Below are positions 26,609 to 39,182 of a DNA stretch of 64,000 nt, in pieces; position 1 is the stretch's first letter; each line of letters begins with the position of its first letter. The stretch spans positions 5,978-69,977 of the forward strand of contig JAUYOW010000146.1 of NCBI GenBank assembly GCA_030697825.1, in the 5' to 3' direction. Both the position numbers and the translations under genes were made by a program. Source of the DNA: Gemmatimonadales bacterium (GTDB lineage Bacteria; Gemmatimonadota; Gemmatimonadetes; Gemmatimonadales; JACORV01). Below the pieces are notes generated by a model. That model was given only the letters and a program-made list of their open reading frames with translations, did not search any database and was not told where the DNA came from.

Positions 26609-29314
26609 ATGTTGCCCATGACCCCGATCACGGTTGTATCACTACCCGCTGCACTGGCTGCTGCGGGGTGGTCGGTCGTGCTGCTGGCCCGGCGGGGCGA
26701 TTGGCGCCACCGGCTGCTTGCGGCGGGGCTCCTGCTGCTGGCTCTCGGTCAAGTGGCGTCGCTGGCGTTGCGAACCGAAGCGTGGCTCGGCGGACTGCCG
26801 GCTCTGGGCTTGAGTGTCGTGGCGCTGCTCACCGTGGCACTCCTGGACCGCACCATCTTGCGGCACCGCAGCGTCGAACGGGACTTCGGGGTCGAGAGGG
26901 CCCACCTCGAAGAGCTCTTTGAGCGCTCCCCTGAGGCGATCGCCCTCGTTGACAACGAGGGTGGGGTGTTGCGAGCGAACAGCCGCTTCACCGCGCTGTT
27001 CGGGTACGGCGCTCCCGAGATCTTCGAGCGGTCGATTGACGAGCTGCTTGCGCCGAGCCGGCGCTTTGGGGAAGCGCTTGCGGTCACCCGGCAAATGCTG
27101 GTCGGCGAGAAGGTCAGCTTCGAGTCGGTGTTCCGGCGCAAGGATGGCACACCGGTGGATGTCTCGGTTCTCTGCACACCTGTCATGATGGCGGGTCGGC
27201 AGATCGCGGCTTTCCTCATGTACCGTGATATCACCATGTCCCGGCGAGTCGATGCCGCGTTCAGGCCGCTGGAAAAAGCGGTCGAGAACATGCAGCTCGG
27301 GGTGACGGTCACCGACCTCGTTGGGCGCATCGTGTACATGAATCCCGCGGATGCCGCGATGCACGGCTACTCGGTCGAAGATTTGGTCGGCCGAGACGTC
27401 AGGGTATTCGCAGCCCCGGGCACCGAGAGACGAATGACCCCGGAGCAGATCGAGCAGATGAAGACTTGGCGGCGGGAGACCGTTAACGTTCGCAGGGACG
27501 GCACGCTATTCCCCGTGCACCTGATGTCCGATGTTGTCAGAAACGCCGTGGCGGAGCCGATCGGCGTGGTGACGACCTGCGAGGACATCACGCAACGCAA
27601 GATGGGGGAACGGGCCTTGTGGGAGAGCCAGGAACGGTATTCGCTCGCAGTCCGCGGCGGCAATGACGGATTGTGGGACTGGAATCTGGTGACCAATGAG
27701 GTGTACTACTCCGCCCGGTGGAAATCGATGCTGGGGTACAGCGAGGCCGAGGTCGGTGGCGGCCCCGAGGCATGGCTCAGCAGGGTCCATCCCGACGACC
27801 TCGGGCGAGTCAAGGCCGATCTGGGCGCCCATCGGGAAGATCGCTCTCTGCATTTCGAGAACGAGCATCGGCTCAAGCACAAGGACGGGACCTACCGGTG
27901 GGTGCTGGCCCGGGGGATTGCGGAGCGGGACCCCCAGGGCAAGCCATACCGGATCGCGGGATCATTGACTGACATTACGCAGCACAAGGCGGTGGAGGAG
28001 CAGCTGGTGCGGGAGGCGCTCCACGATACCCTCACCGGGCTGCCCAATCGGGCGTTTCTGACCGATCTACTCGAGCGAGGGCTCAGGCGCAGGAAACGTC
28101 AAAAGGAGTACGCGTTCGCGGCGCTGTTTGTGGATCTGGATCGCTTCAAGGTGGTCAACGACAGTCTGGGTCACGCCGCGGGCGACCAGCTCCTCATGGA
28201 AGTTGGTCGGCGGCTCGAGGAATGCGTGCGCCCCGGCGATGTGGTAGCGAGGCTGGGCGGCGACGAGTTCTGCGTTATGCTGGACGATGTCAAGGACAGT
28301 AGCGACAGCACCCGCGTTGCGGAACGTATCCAAGCGGCGCTCAAGGCTCCGGTTCGAATCGACGGGCGCGACGTTTTTGCGACTGCGAGCATTGGAATTG
28401 CGGTGACCGACGGCGGTATCGCGACGCCGGAGCAGTTGCTGCGGAATGCGGACACGGCGATGTATCGCGCCAAGGCGCGCGGGAAGGCCCGGTTCGAAGT
28501 TTTCGACCGGGGCATGCACGAGCGAGCAGTCGCCGCTTTGCAGCTGGAAACGGACCTGCGGTACGCGCTCGACCACGAGCAGTTTCGGCTGGTTTACCTG
28601 CCGGTGGTGGCGCTCGAGACCCAGCGAATCACCAGCTTCGAGGCGCTCGTCCGGTGGGAGCACCCCGAGCGTGGGTTGGTCCCGCCAGCCGAGTTCCTGC
28701 CTTTGGCCGAAGAAATGGGGCTCATTGTTCCCCTGGGGCGGTGGGTGTTGCGCCAGGCGTGTCGCCAGATGTCGGCGTGGGTCGAGCGCTTCCAGGACAT
28801 GCCGGATTTGTCGGTCAGCGTGAACTTGTCTGCCAAACAGTTGCACCAGACGGATCTCGTCCATCATATCGCCGAAGTGCTCCACGAAACCCGGCTGGAG
28901 CCCGGCAGACTCAAGCTCGAGATCGCCGAGGCGGTGCTGATGGACGATCCGGACCTCCACGTGGCGGTCGTACGTCAGCTGAGCGACCTCGGCGTCCAGG
29001 TGCAGGTGGACGACTTCGGCACCGGCTCGTCCTCCCTGAACTACCTCAGCCGCTTCCAGATCGACACCCTGAAGATTGACCGTTCCTTCGTCAGCAGCCT
29101 GGGCGATCATGTGGAGAGGTCGGCGGTGGTGCAGGCGATCATCACAGTCGCCCGCGAGCTTGGTATCCGGGTGGTCGCCGAAGGTATCGAGACCACTCAG
29201 CAGTCCGATAGGCTCATCACGCTCCGCTGCGAACGCGGACAGGGTTACCTGTACTCGCAGCCCGTCGACGCTGAAAAGGCCGCGGCCCTGTTGCAGGAGC
29301 AGCGTGAGGGCTAG
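26609..29314 (+). CDS. membrane-anchored PAS/PAC-GGDEF-EAL protein (c-di-GMP turnover)
   Basis: Three N-terminal TM helices and three PAS-like blocks. The GGDEF domain has RLGGDEFCVML, and the EAL domain has FEALVRWEHP .. DDFGTGSSSLNYL. Start uncertain: the track uses TTG 26573, and ATG 26609 or 26618 are alternatives. Confidence 0.9.
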   Translation: MLPMTPITVVSLPAALAAAGWSVVLLARRGDWRHRLLAAGLLLLALGQVASLALRTEAWLGGLPALGLSVVALLTVALLDRTILRHRSVERDFGVERAHLEELFERSPEAIALVDNEGGVLRANSRFTALFGYGAPEIFERSIDELLAPSRRFGEALAVTRQMLVGEKVSFESVFRRKDGTPVDVSVLCTPVMMAGRQIAAFLMYRDITMSRRVDAAFRPLEKAVENMQLGVTVTDLVGRIVYMNPADAAMHGYSVEDLVGRDVRVFAAPGTERRMTPEQIEQMKTWRRETVNVRRDGTLFPVHLMSDVVRNAVAEPIGVVTTCEDITQRKMGERALWESQERYSLAVRGGNDGLWDWNLVTNEVYYSARWKSMLGYSEAEVGGGPEAWLSRVHPDDLGRVKADLGAHREDRSLHFENEHRLKHKDGTYRWVLARGIAERDPQGKPYRIAGSLTDITQHKAVEEQLVREALHDTLTGLPNRAFLTDLLERGLRRRKRQKEYAFAALFVDLDRFKVVNDSLGHAAGDQLLMEVGRRLEECVRPGDVVARLGGDEFCVMLDDVKDSSDSTRVAERIQAALKAPVRIDGRDVFATASIGIAVTDGGIATPEQLLRNADTAMYRAKARGKARFEVFDRGMHERAVAALQLETDLRYALDHEQFRLVYLPVVALETQRITSFEALVRWEHPERGLVPPAEFLPLAEEMGLIVPLGRWVLRQACRQMSAWVERFQDMPDLSVSVNLSAKQLHQTDLVHHIAEVLHETRLEPGRLKLEIAEAVLMDDPDLHVAVVRQLSDLGVQVQVDDFGTGSSSLNYLSRFQIDTLKIDRSFVSSLGDHVERSAVVQAIITVARELGIRVVAEGIETTQQSDRLITLRCERGQGYLYSQPVDAEKAAALLQEQREG

Positions 29315-29512
29315 CCGTCCGCCGCCCTCGTTCTTAGCGTCGACCGTCTACTCCCGTCACCTACCGAGCCGCACCACCTGATGTGGCTGGGTCGGCGGCA
29401 GGAACGGGAATCCGGCCGTCACCGCATAGATCGAATTGCCGCAGCGCGCGATCGTCGTCATCGGGTTTGCGCCCGCGATGTAGCGAACGATTGTGCCGGA
29501 CAGAGCGCTCCC

Positions 29513-29541
29513 TTGACCCTTCCTGGCGCCCCGGGTAAGTT
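29513..29541 (+). promoter_or_regulatory. candidate promoter of the str-S10-spc transcription unit
   Basis: TTGACC (29513-29518), a 17-nt spacer, then TAAGTT (29536-29541), about 60 nt upstream of the rpsL ATG. Confidence 0.35.
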
Positions 29542-29600
29542 CCTACGTCTGCGGCCGAAGTGGGCCGCGCGTTTTATCTTGCGCCGTGTGTTGGAGGGCT

Positions 29601-29981
29601 ATGCCGACGATCAATCAGCTGGTCCGGGCGGGCCGGCGGGACGTGGTGAAGAAGGAGAAGGCGCCGGCGCTGCGTGGCAATCCGCAGAAGCGCGGCGTCT
29701 GCACGCGGGTCTATACGACGACGCCCAAGAAGCCCAACTCCGCTCTCCGCAAGGTCGCCCGCGTCCGCTTGACCAATGGGTTCGAGGTAACCGCGTACAT
29801 CCCCGGCGAAGGCCACAACCTCCAGGAGCACAGCATCGTGCTCATCCGGGGCGGCCGTGTGAAGGACCTCCCGGGCGTGCGCTACCACATCGTCCGCGGC
29901 ACGCTGGACGCGGCGGGCGTGAACGAGCGCAAGCAGTCCCGGTCCAAGTACGGGGCCAAGCGTCCCAAGGCCGCCAAGTGA
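29601..29981 (+). CDS. rpsL: 30S ribosomal protein S12
   Basis: [13 protein letters not shown].. start at ATG 29601 with ggaggg upstream; ..[16 protein letters not shown].. is present. Confidence 0.97.
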   Translation: MPTINQLVRAGRRDVVKKEKAPALRGNPQKRGVCTRVYTTTPKKPNSALRKVARVRLTNGFEVTAYIPGEGHNLQEHSIVLIRGGRVKDLPGVRYHIVRGTLDAAGVNERKQSRSKYGAKRPKAAK

Positions 29982-30448
29982 GCCGCCGCCCGCGCAACGT
30001 CAAGCGCACGGTCCCGGCGGACCCGCGCTACGACAGCCAGACCGTATCCAAGTTCGTGAACAACCTGATGCGGAAGGGCAAGAAGTCCACGGCGGAGCGG
30101 ATCTTCTACGGCGCGATGGACACCATCGAGCAGCGTACCGGCCAGCCGGGCGTGAACGTGTTCAAGCAGGCGCTTGCCAACGCGAAACCGGTGGTGGAAG
30201 TGAAGAGCCGGCGCGTCGGGGGCGCGACGTACCAGGTGCCGGTGGAAGTGCGGCCGGAGCGGCGGACGGCCCTCGCTATGCGATGGCTGATCTCCTACAC
30301 CCGGGCCCGCGGCGAGAAGACCATGGGCGACCGGCTCGCCAACGAGCTGATCTCGGCGTCCAAGGGCGAAGGCAACACGATCAAGAAGAAAGAGGACACC
30401 CACAAGATGGCTGAGGCGAACAAGGCGTTCGCCCACTATCGGTGGTAG
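29978..30448 (+). CDS. rpsG: 30S ribosomal protein S7
   Basis: The GTG at 29978 overlaps the rpsL stop (GTGA). ..[32 protein letters not shown].. and the end ..AFAHYRW. Confidence 0.97.
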   Translation: MSRRPRNVKRTVPADPRYDSQTVSKFVNNLMRKGKKSTAERIFYGAMDTIEQRTGQPGVNVFKQALANAKPVVEVKSRRVGGATYQVPVEVRPERRTALAMRWLISYTRARGEKTMGDRLANELISASKGEGNTIKKKEDTHKMAEANKAFAHYRW

Positions 30449-30594
30449 GGGCAAATAAACCCTTAGCGCGAACAATACCGGACCGCTGGTAGAAGCGGTC
30501 CCCGTCCGGCCGGGCATGGCGGACGAGAGCGGAGCGAGACCTGCGGACCCGTCCGCGTACGGTCGCCCCGCATTTTTGCTGAATAAAGGACGCA

Positions 30595-32691
30595 ATGGCA
30601 CGCACGGTGCAGCTCGAAAAATACCGTAACATCGGCATCATGGCCCACATCGATGCCGGGAAGACGACTACGACCGAGCGCATCCTGTACTACACCGGCC
30701 GCACCTACAAGCTGGGTGAGGTGCACGACGGCACGGCGACCATGGATTGGATGGAGCAGGAGCAGGAGCGCGGCATCACGATCACGTCCGCGGCGACCAC
30801 CGCCGAGTGGACGCGCTTTGGCGAAGAGTACCGGATCAACATCATCGACACCCCCGGCCACGTGGACTTCACGGTCGAGGTGGAGCGCTCGCTGCGGGTG
30901 CTCGACGGCGCGGTAGCCGTGTTCTGCGCGGTGGGCGGAGTCGAGCCCCAGTCGGAGACGGTCTGGCGCCAGGCCGACAAGTACGGCGTCCCGCGACTCG
31001 CGTTCGTCAACAAGATGGACCGCGTCGGCGCCGACTTCGACCAGGTGGTGGCGGAGATCCGCCAGAAGCTCGGAGCCAGGGCGTTCCCGGTTCAGTACCC
31101 GCTGGGCCAGGGCGAGCTGTTCACCGGCGTGGTGGACATCGTGCGCCGGGTCGTGATGGTGTACGACGAGGCGTCGCTCGGCCAGAAGTGGCACGAGGGC
31201 CCCGTCCCGGCGGCGCTCCAGGACCGGGTGGAGCAGTTGCGTCACGAGGTTATCGAGGCGTCGCTCGAGTTCGACGACGAGCTGCTCGAAAAGTACCTCA
31301 ACACGCGCGAGCTCTCGGAAGAAGACACCCGGCGCGCGATCCGCAAGGCGACCGTCGCCAACGGCATCGTCCCGGTCTTCTGCGGCGCGGCGTTCAAGAA
31401 CAAGGGCGTGCAGGCGTTGCTGGACGGGGTGGTGGATTTCCTGCCGAGCCCGCTGGAGATCCCGCCGATGGTGGGACACCTCCCGAACCGCACGGAGACC
31501 AAGGCGACGCGCTGCGCCAACGACGAGGAGCCGTTCGCCGCGCTGGCGTTCAAGATCATGACCGACCCGTTCGTGGGCCGGCTGACGTTCATCCGGGTCT
31601 ATTCGGGCGTCCTGAGCTCCGGGTCGTACGTCTACAACTCCACCAAGGACCGGCGCGAGCGGGTGGGCCGGCTGGTGCAGATGCACGCCAACAAGCGCGA
31701 GGAGATCGACGAGGTACGCGCGGGCGACATCGCCGCCGTCATCGGGCTCAAGGACACCAAGACCGGCGACACGCTGGCCTATGAGGACCAGGCGGTCATC
31801 CTGGAGGCGATGCGGTTCCCGAACCCGGTGATCGACGTCGCCATTGAGCCCAAGACCAAGGCGGACCAGGACAAGCTGGCGATCGCGCTCCAGAAGTTGT
31901 CCGAGGAGGACCCGACGTTCCGGGTGCACACCGATCCCGACACCGCGCAGACCATCATCTCCGGGATGGGCGAGCTGCACCTCGAGATCATCGTGGACCG
32001 GATGCGCCGGGAGTTCAAGGTGGACGCCAACGTGGGCCGGCCGCAGGTGGCCTACCGCGAGACGATCCGCCACCGAGTGACGGACATCGAGGGGAGGTTC
32101 GTCCGGCAGACGGGCGGCCGCGGCCAGTACGGGCACGTGGTCATCAACCTCGAGCCGGCCGCGCCGGGCGCGGGGTTCGTCTTCGAGGACCAGATCGTGG
32201 GCGGCTCGATCCCGCGCGAATACATCCGCCCGGTGGAGCAGGGGATCAAGGAAGCGCTCGAGAACGGCGTGCTGGCCGGATATCCCGTGGTGGACGTGAA
32301 GGTCGAGCTGACGGACGGCTCGTACCACGACGTGGATTCGAGCGAGATGGCGTTCAAGATCGCGGGCTCGATGGCCTTCAAGGAGGCCGCGCGGGCCGCG
32401 AAGCCCATCCTGCTTGAGCCGATCATGGACGTGGAAGTCGTGACGCCGAGCGAGTACCTCGGCGACGTGATGGGGGACCTCTCGAGCCGGCGGGGCCGGA
32501 TCGGCGGGATGACGCAGCGCGCTGAGGCGCAGGTCATCGGCGCCTCGGTACCGCTCTCGGAGATGTTCGGCTACTCCACCACGCTGCGCTCGATGAGCCA
32601 GGGGCGCGCGGTGTACTCGATGCAGTTCTCGCGGTACGAGGAAGTGCCGAAGGCAAAGGCCGAAGAGATCATCACCAAGGTAAAGGGTTAA
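30595..32691 (+). CDS. fusA: elongation factor G
   Basis: ..[26 protein letters not shown].. and DTPGHVDF; 698 aa. Confidence 0.98.
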   Translation: MARTVQLEKYRNIGIMAHIDAGKTTTTERILYYTGRTYKLGEVHDGTATMDWMEQEQERGITITSAATTAEWTRFGEEYRINIIDTPGHVDFTVEVERSLRVLDGAVAVFCAVGGVEPQSETVWRQADKYGVPRLAFVNKMDRVGADFDQVVAEIRQKLGARAFPVQYPLGQGELFTGVVDIVRRVVMVYDEASLGQKWHEGPVPAALQDRVEQLRHEVIEASLEFDDELLEKYLNTRELSEEDTRRAIRKATVANGIVPVFCGAAFKNKGVQALLDGVVDFLPSPLEIPPMVGHLPNRTETKATRCANDEEPFAALAFKIMTDPFVGRLTFIRVYSGVLSSGSYVYNSTKDRRERVGRLVQMHANKREEIDEVRAGDIAAVIGLKDTKTGDTLAYEDQAVILEAMRFPNPVIDVAIEPKTKADQDKLAIALQKLSEEDPTFRVHTDPDTAQTIISGMGELHLEIIVDRMRREFKVDANVGRPQVAYRETIRHRVTDIEGRFVRQTGGRGQYGHVVINLEPAAPGAGFVFEDQIVGGSIPREYIRPVEQGIKEALENGVLAGYPVVDVKVELTDGSYHDVDSSEMAFKIAGSMAFKEAARAAKPILLEPIMDVEVVTPSEYLGDVMGDLSSRRGRIGGMTQRAEAQVIGASVPLSEMFGYSTTLRSMSQGRAVYSMQFSRYEEVPKAKAEEIITKVKG

Positions 32692-32695
32692 TCCG

Positions 32696-33898
<1,203 letters not shown>

Positions 33899-33903
33899 AG
33901 CGA

Positions 33904-34218
33904 ATGAAAGTCGCGGGCCGCATCCGGATCCGACTCAAGGCGTTCGACCACGCCGTCATCGACCAGGCCGCGGCGGACATCGTGCGCGCGGCGGAGAAGA
34001 CGGGCGCGCAGGTCACCGGCCCGATCCCACTGCCCACCAAGCGGCAGCTGTGGACGGTGCTGCGGAGCCCGCACGTGGACAAGAAGAGCCGGGAGCAGTT
34101 CGAGCTGAAGACCCACAAGCGGCTGATCGACATTAACGACTCGCGGCCGCAGACGGTAGACGCCCTCACCAAGCTGGACCTTCCGGCTGGGGTCGACGTC
34201 GAGATCAAGGTGGAGTAG
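33904..34218 (+). CDS. rpsJ: 30S ribosomal protein S10
   Basis: ATG at 33904 inside track ORF 32815..34218; [21 protein letters not shown].. It starts only 5 nt after tuf. Confidence 0.96.
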   Translation: MKVAGRIRIRLKAFDHAVIDQAAADIVRAAEKTGAQVTGPIPLPTKRQLWTVLRSPHVDKKSREQFELKTHKRLIDINDSRPQTVDALTKLDLPAGVDVEIKVE

Positions 34219-34221
34219 GGA

Positions 34222-34848
34222 ATGGATTCGATCATCGGTCGCAAGCTGGGCATGACCCAGCTGTTCGCCGAAGACGGGACGGTCACGCCGGTCACGGTGA
34301 TCGAGGCGGGACCGTGCCCGGTGGTGCAGGTGCGGCCGGCCCCGGCCCCCGGTGGTCACGCGCGGGTGCAGCTCGGCTTCGGCCAGGCCAGAGCCAAGCA
34401 CGCCAGCAGCGCCGAGAAGGGCCACGCCGCGAAGGCCGGTCTCCCGGCGGCGCCCAAGGTGCTGCGAGAGTTCCCGGCGGCCGGCGACGCCCCGGAGCCC
34501 GGGACGGTGGTCACCGTCTCGGCGTTCACGGTCGGCGAGAAGGTCAAGGTCACGGGCATTTCGAAGGGCCGCGGGTTCCAGGGCGTGGTGCACCGGCACG
34601 GGTTCCACGGCGGTCCCGCGAGCCACGGCAACACGAAGTTCCGGAAGCCCGGCTCGGTCGGGCCCGGCACCGACCCGTCGCGCGTCATCAAGGGCAAGAA
34701 AATGCCCGGTCACATGGGCGCCAAGCAGCGCACCCAGGTAGGGCTCACCGTGGCCAAGGTGGACCCGGAGCGGAACCTCCTCTTCGTGCAGGGGGCGGTT
34801 CCCGGCTCGACGCGCGGGATCGTGACCGTTCGCAAGGAGGGCACGTGA
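34222..34848 (+). CDS. rplC: 50S ribosomal protein L3
   Basis: ..[26 protein letters not shown].. and ..GKGFQGVV-like [13 protein letters not shown].. Confidence 0.97.
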   Translation: MDSIIGRKLGMTQLFAEDGTVTPVTVIEAGPCPVVQVRPAPAPGGHARVQLGFGQARAKHASSAEKGHAAKAGLPAAPKVLREFPAAGDAPEPGTVVTVSAFTVGEKVKVTGISKGRGFQGVVHRHGFHGGPASHGNTKFRKPGSVGPGTDPSRVIKGKKMPGHMGAKQRTQVGLTVAKVDPERNLLFVQGAVPGSTRGIVTVRKEGT

Positions 34849-35744
34849 GCGCGTTCGAGGTGATGGCCTACACCGCCGAGGGCGCGCGGCGACCGCGTAC
34901 GGTGCGACTCCCCGAGGACCCGTTCGACGGCCGCGTTCACGAGGTCGTGATGCACGAGGCGGTGAAGACGTTCCTCGCCAACCAGAGGCAGGGGACCGCC
35001 AGCACCAAGACGCGCGGCTTGGTCAGCGGCGGTAACCAGAAGCCGTGGAAGCAGAAGGGCACCGGGCGGGCCCGGCAAGGCTCGATCCGGGCGCCCAACT
35101 GGCCCGGCGGCGGCACCGCCTTCGGACCGCTGCCGCGTGACTACCGCCTGGCGCTGCCGCGGAAGGTTCGGCGGCTGGGCCGGCAGTCGGCGCTCAACGC
35201 CCGGGCGCGCGAGCAGGCGCTCTCGGTCATCGAGACGCTCGCGTTCGACGAGCCGAAGACGAAGCGCATGGCCGAGCTGATCCTCCGGATGGGGCTCGGC
35301 GAGCACCAGGTCCTCGTGTTGACGAGCGAGAACAAGCCGAACGTGGTGCGGTCGGCGCGAAACCTCCAGAAGGTGGACGTGATGCGTTATATGGACGCGT
35401 CGACGTACGACATCCTGCACGCGGACGCGGTGGTGATCGAGGAGCCCGCTCTGGGCGCGCTCGAGGCCGGCGCCGAGGCGCCGGCGCAGGAAGCGCCGCC
35501 GCCGTCCCGGAAGCGGGTGCGGGCAGCCGAGCGCGCCGAGACGGCGGAGGCCGCGGCCGCCCAGCCGGAGAGGAAGAAGCCGGCGGCGAAGCAGGCCGCG
35601 CCGGCGAAGCAGGCGGAGAAGCCCGCTGCGAAGCAGGCCGCTCCGGCCAGGAAGGCCGCGAAGCCCGCGGCGAAGAAGGCCGCCCCGGCCAAGAAGGCCG
35701 AGAAGCCCGCGGCGAAGAAGCCCGGCAAGAAGAAGGGGAAGTAG
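34845..35744 (+). CDS. rplD: 50S ribosomal protein L4 with a long Lys/Ala/Pro-rich C-terminal extension
   Basis: The GTG at 34845 overlaps the rplC stop (ATG 34863 is an alternative). The uL4 core reads ..GGNQKPWKQKGTGRARQGSIRAPNWPGGG.. The tail ends with four tandem 13-14-aa repeats, KPAAKQAAPAKQAE and similar. Confidence 0.93.
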   Translation: MSAFEVMAYTAEGARRPRTVRLPEDPFDGRVHEVVMHEAVKTFLANQRQGTASTKTRGLVSGGNQKPWKQKGTGRARQGSIRAPNWPGGGTAFGPLPRDYRLALPRKVRRLGRQSALNARAREQALSVIETLAFDEPKTKRMAELILRMGLGEHQVLVLTSENKPNVVRSARNLQKVDVMRYMDASTYDILHADAVVIEEPALGALEAGAEAPAQEAPPPSRKRVRAAERAETAEAAAAQPERKKPAAKQAAPAKQAEKPAAKQAAPARKAAKPAAKKAAPAKKAEKPAAKKPGKKKGK

Positions 35745-35753
35745 GAGAGCACG

Positions 35754-36053
35754 ATGCCAGATTTCACGCGCACCTTGATCAAGCCGGTCGTGACCGAGAA
35801 GTCCTCGGCGGCGTACGAGAACGCGAAGATCTACACCTTCCGCGTTCACCTGGACTCGTCCAAGCCGGCGATACGCGAGGCGATCGAGCACCTCTTCGGC
35901 GTCACGGTCACCGCGGTGCGCACCATGACCGTCCGCACCAAGGAGCGTAAGGCCGGCGGCATGGGCCGCGGGCGCGCGGGGCGCCGGTCGTCGTGGAAGA
36001 AGGCGATCGTCACCCTCAAAGAGGGCGACGCCATCCAGATCTTCGAGGGTTAG
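35754..36053 (+). CDS. rplW: 50S ribosomal protein L23
   Basis: ..LIKPVVTEKSSAAYENAKIYTFRVHLDSSKPAIREAIEHLFGV.. Confidence 0.96.
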   Translation: MPDFTRTLIKPVVTEKSSAAYENAKIYTFRVHLDSSKPAIREAIEHLFGVTVTAVRTMTVRTKERKAGGMGRGRAGRRSSWKKAIVTLKEGDAIQIFEG

Positions 36054-36056
36054 GCC

Positions 36057-36896
36057 ATGGGCATCCGTCAGTTCAAGCCCGGCACGCCGTCGCAGCGGTT
36101 CCGCATCATCTCCGATTTCGCGGAGATCACGCGGACCACGCCCGAGGAGTCCCTCCTCGAGCCGCTGCGCTCGCAGGGTGGGCGCAACAACCAGGGGCAC
36201 GTCACGACGCGGTACCGCGGCGGCGGCCACAAGCGGATGTACCGGCGGATCGACTTCCGGCGCGACAAGTACGGGGTGCCGGGGAAGGTCGCGCACATCG
36301 AGTACGACCCGAACCGTTCGGCGCGCATCGCCCTCATCCAGTACGCGGACGGCGAGAAGCGGTACATCATCCACCCGCGCGGCCTGCAGGTGGGAGACAC
36401 GGTCAACGCGGGCCCCGGGGCGGACATCCGCCTGGGCAACGCGGTCCCGCTCTCCGAGATCCCGCTCGGCACGACGGTGCACAACGTGGAGCTCAAGCGT
36501 GGGCGCGGCGGCCAGATCGGCCGCGCGGCCGGCGCCGAGATCCAGGTGGTGGCGAAGGAAGGCGCCCACGTCACGCTGAAGCTCAAGAGCGGCGAGGTGC
36601 GGCTGGTGCGCGGCGAGTGCCTCGCGACCATCGGCCAGGTGGGCAACGCCGAGCACGAGCTCGAGAGCGTAGGCAAGGCGGGCAAGTCGCGGTGGCTCGG
36701 GAGGCGCTCCAGGGTGCGCGGCGTGGCCAAGAACCCGGTGGACCACCCCTTGGGCGGCGGTGAGGGGAAGTCCAGCGGCGGCCGGCCCCCGGTCTCGCCG
36801 TGGGGCAAGCCCGAGGGCGTGAAGACGCGCCACAAGAAGAAGGCCAGCACGAAGCTCATCATCCGCGGCCGCAAACGCGGCAAGGCGACGCAATAA
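36057..36896 (+). CDS. rplB: 50S ribosomal protein L2
   Basis: ..[19 protein letters not shown].. and ..[17 protein letters not shown].. Confidence 0.98.
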   Translation: MGIRQFKPGTPSQRFRIISDFAEITRTTPEESLLEPLRSQGGRNNQGHVTTRYRGGGHKRMYRRIDFRRDKYGVPGKVAHIEYDPNRSARIALIQYADGEKRYIIHPRGLQVGDTVNAGPGADIRLGNAVPLSEIPLGTTVHNVELKRGRGGQIGRAAGAEIQVVAKEGAHVTLKLKSGEVRLVRGECLATIGQVGNAEHELESVGKAGKSRWLGRRSRVRGVAKNPVDHPLGGGEGKSSGGRPPVSPWGKPEGVKTRHKKKASTKLIIRGRKRGKATQ

Positions 36897-37258
36897 TGGC
36901 ACGCAGCGTCAAGAAGGGTCCGTACGTCGACGAGCGGCTGCTCGGACGGGTCCACGAGATGAACGCGAAGAAGGAGAAGCGGGTCCTCAAGACCTGGTCC
37001 CGCGCCTCCACGGTGACGCCTGATTTCGTCGGGCACACCATCGCGGTCCACAACGGGAACAAGTTCGTCCCGGTGTACGTGTCGGAGAACATGGTCGGGC
37101 ACAAGCTCGGCGAGTTCTCGCCCACCCGGATGTTCCGCGGCCACAGCGGGAGGCTGTCGGCGGACAAGAAGGCGAAGCTGGAGGGCGAGGGCGCCGCGCC
37201 GGCCGCCGCGGCGCCGGCAGCCGCGGCGCCGGCCGCTGGGTCCGGAGGGAAGGCGTAA
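36896..37258 (+). CDS. rpsS: 30S ribosomal protein S19 with an Ala/Pro-rich C-terminal extension
   Basis: The ATG at 36896 overlaps the rplB TAA (TAATG); [16 protein letters not shown].. Residues 95-120 ([26 protein letters not shown]) lie beyond the usual S19 end. Confidence 0.95.
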   Translation: MARSVKKGPYVDERLLGRVHEMNAKKEKRVLKTWSRASTVTPDFVGHTIAVHNGNKFVPVYVSENMVGHKLGEFSPTRMFRGHSGRLSADKKAKLEGEGAAPAAAAPAAAAPAAGSGGKA

Positions 37259-37609
37259 ATGGAAGCGCGCGCGATCCAGCGGACGGTGCGCCAGTCGCCG
37301 CGGAAGATGCGGCTCGTCGTGGACCTGATCCGCGGCCTGCCGGTGAACGAGGCGTTCTCGATCCTGAAGTTCAGCAAGAAGGGCGCCGCGAGGCAGATCT
37401 CGAAGGTCCTGCTCTCGGCGGTGTCGAACGCGCGGGAGCATTCGCTGAAGGGCGACGAACGGCTCGACGAGGACTCGCTCTTCGTCAAGACCGTGACGGT
37501 GGACGAGGGTCCGGCCCTGAAGCGGTTCATGCCGGCGGCGATGGGCCGGGCGACTCCGATCAAGAAGCGGACGAGCCACGTGAAGATCACCGTGGCCACG
37601 AAGGAGTAA
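37259..37609 (+). CDS. rplV: 50S ribosomal protein L22
   Basis: MEARAIQRTVRQSPRKMRLVVDLIRG.. Confidence 0.96.
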   Translation: MEARAIQRTVRQSPRKMRLVVDLIRGLPVNEAFSILKFSKKGAARQISKVLLSAVSNAREHSLKGDERLDEDSLFVKTVTVDEGPALKRFMPAAMGRATPIKKRTSHVKITVATKE

Positions 37610-37612
37610 CTC

Positions 37613-38272
37613 GTGGGACAGAAGACACATCCGCACGGTTTCCGGCTGGGGATCGTCAAGCCCTGGCGCTCCCGCTGGTACGCCAACCGGGACTTCCCGG
37701 CGCTGCTCAAGGAAGACGAGCTGGTGCGCACCTACCTGAAGACCCGGCTCTCGCACGCCGCGATCAGCGACGTGCACATAGAGCGCAAGCCCGGCAAGGT
37801 GCTGGTCACGGTGCATACCGGCCGGCCGGGCGTCGTGATCGGCAAGCGCGGCGCCGAGGTGGACAAGCTCCGTGACGAGCTGGCGCAGCTCACCGGCAAG
37901 GAGATCGGGATCAACGTCGAGGAGATCAAGCGACCGGAGCTCGACGCGCAACTGGTCTCGGACAACGTCGCGCACCAGCTCGCCCAGCGAATCTCGTTCC
38001 GCCGCGCCATGAAGCGGGCGGTGCAGTCGGCGATGCGGATGGGCGCGCAGGGGATCAAGATCAAGTGCGGCGGCCGCCTGGGCGGGGCGGAGATCGCGCG
38101 GGTCGAGGGCTACCACGAGGGCCGGGTGCCGCTGCACACGCTGCGCGCGGACGTGGACTACGCTACCTCGACGGCCAAGACGACCTTCGGCACCATCGGC
38201 GTGAAGGTCTGGATCTTCAAGGGCGAGGTCGTGGAGGATTCCCGCGGCCGGACCTACAGCACGGGGGCGTAG
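37613..38272 (+). CDS. rpsC: 30S ribosomal protein S3
   Basis: [23 protein letters not shown].. with a KH domain. GTG start. Confidence 0.97.
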   Translation: MGQKTHPHGFRLGIVKPWRSRWYANRDFPALLKEDELVRTYLKTRLSHAAISDVHIERKPGKVLVTVHTGRPGVVIGKRGAEVDKLRDELAQLTGKEIGINVEEIKRPELDAQLVSDNVAHQLAQRISFRRAMKRAVQSAMRMGAQGIKIKCGGRLGGAEIARVEGYHEGRVPLHTLRADVDYATSTAKTTFGTIGVKVWIFKGEVVEDSRGRTYSTGA

Positions 38273-38275
38273 CCG

Positions 38276-38686
38276 ATGCTCGCGCCCAAGCGGGTGAAGT
38301 TCCGCAAGATGATGAAGGGCCGGATGCGCGGCGTCGCGGGCCGCGGGGCGACGGTCGCCTTCGGACATTTCGGCCTGCAGGCGGTCGAGGCTGGCTGGGT
38401 ATCGAACCGGCAGATCGAGGCGTCGCGCGTGGCGATGACGCGGGAGATGAAGCGCGGCGGGAAGCTCTGGATCCGGATCTTCCCCGACAAGCCGATCACG
38501 AAGAAGCCGGCGGAGACGCGGATGGGCAAGGGCAAGGGCAACCCGGAGGGCTGGGTGGCGGTGGTGAAGCCGGGCCGCGTGCTGTTCGAGATCGAGGGCG
38601 TGACCAAGGAGGTCGCGCGCAAGTCGATGGCGCTGGCTTCGGCCAAGCTGCCGATCAAGACCCGCTTCATCGAGCGGGAGGGCTGA
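38276..38686 (+). CDS. rplP: 50S ribosomal protein L16
   Basis: [19 protein letters not shown].. and ..[20 protein letters not shown].. Confidence 0.97.
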   Translation: MLAPKRVKFRKMMKGRMRGVAGRGATVAFGHFGLQAVEAGWVSNRQIEASRVAMTREMKRGGKLWIRIFPDKPITKKPAETRMGKGKGNPEGWVAVVKPGRVLFEIEGVTKEVARKSMALASAKLPIKTRFIEREG

Positions 38687-38688
38687 CG

Positions 38689-38907
38689 ATGGCGCTCGAG
38701 AAGCTGACGATGACGGCAATCCGCGAGATGACGGACGACGAGATCCGCGCCAAGCTCGTGGAGCTCGAGAAGGAGCGGTTCGGTCTCCGGTTCAAGTCGG
38801 CCACCGAGGTGATGGCCAACCCCATGGATCTCAGGACGACGCGGCGCACGGTGGCCCGGCTCAAGACGGCGCTACAGGGCCGCGCGTCGAAGGCGAAGGC
38901 GACATGA
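38689..38907 (+). CDS. rpmC: 50S ribosomal protein L29
   Basis: ATG at 38689 inside track ORF 38065..38907; ..[26 protein letters not shown].. Confidence 0.93.
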   Translation: MALEKLTMTAIREMTDDEIRAKLVELEKERFGLRFKSATEVMANPMDLRTTRRTVARLKTALQGRASKAKAT

Positions 38908-39173
38908 GCGAGCAGCAGGCGGTGCGTAACCGGCGCAAGACGCGCGTCGGCACGGTGGTGAGCGACAAGATGCACAAGTCGTGCGTCGTGTCTTTCGAGC
39001 GGAGGATCACCCACCCGCTCTACGGGAAGCAGTCAACGCGGACCAAGCGCGTGGTGGCGCACGACGAGGCCAACGACGCGCACGTCGGTGACGTCGTCCG
39101 CGTCATGGAGACGCGGCCGTTGTCGAAGACCAAGCGGTGGCGTGTGGTCGCGGTAGTCGAGCGGGCGAAGTAG
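38904..39173 (+). CDS. rpsQ: 30S ribosomal protein S17
   Basis: ..[32 protein letters not shown].. Confidence 0.96.
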   Translation: MSEQQAVRNRRKTRVGTVVSDKMHKSCVVSFERRITHPLYGKQSTRTKRVVAHDEANDAHVGDVVRVMETRPLSKTKRWRVVAVVERAK

Positions 39174-39182
39174 GAGGGGGGC

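Noticed and set aside
29330-29480. A short minus-strand ORF ([34 protein letters not shown], 34 codons from an ATG) between the GGDEF-EAL gene and rpsL
   Set aside because: It is too short, has no RBS, and overlaps the region best explained as the str-operon promoter and leader. It could be a gene remnant, but I cannot support that.
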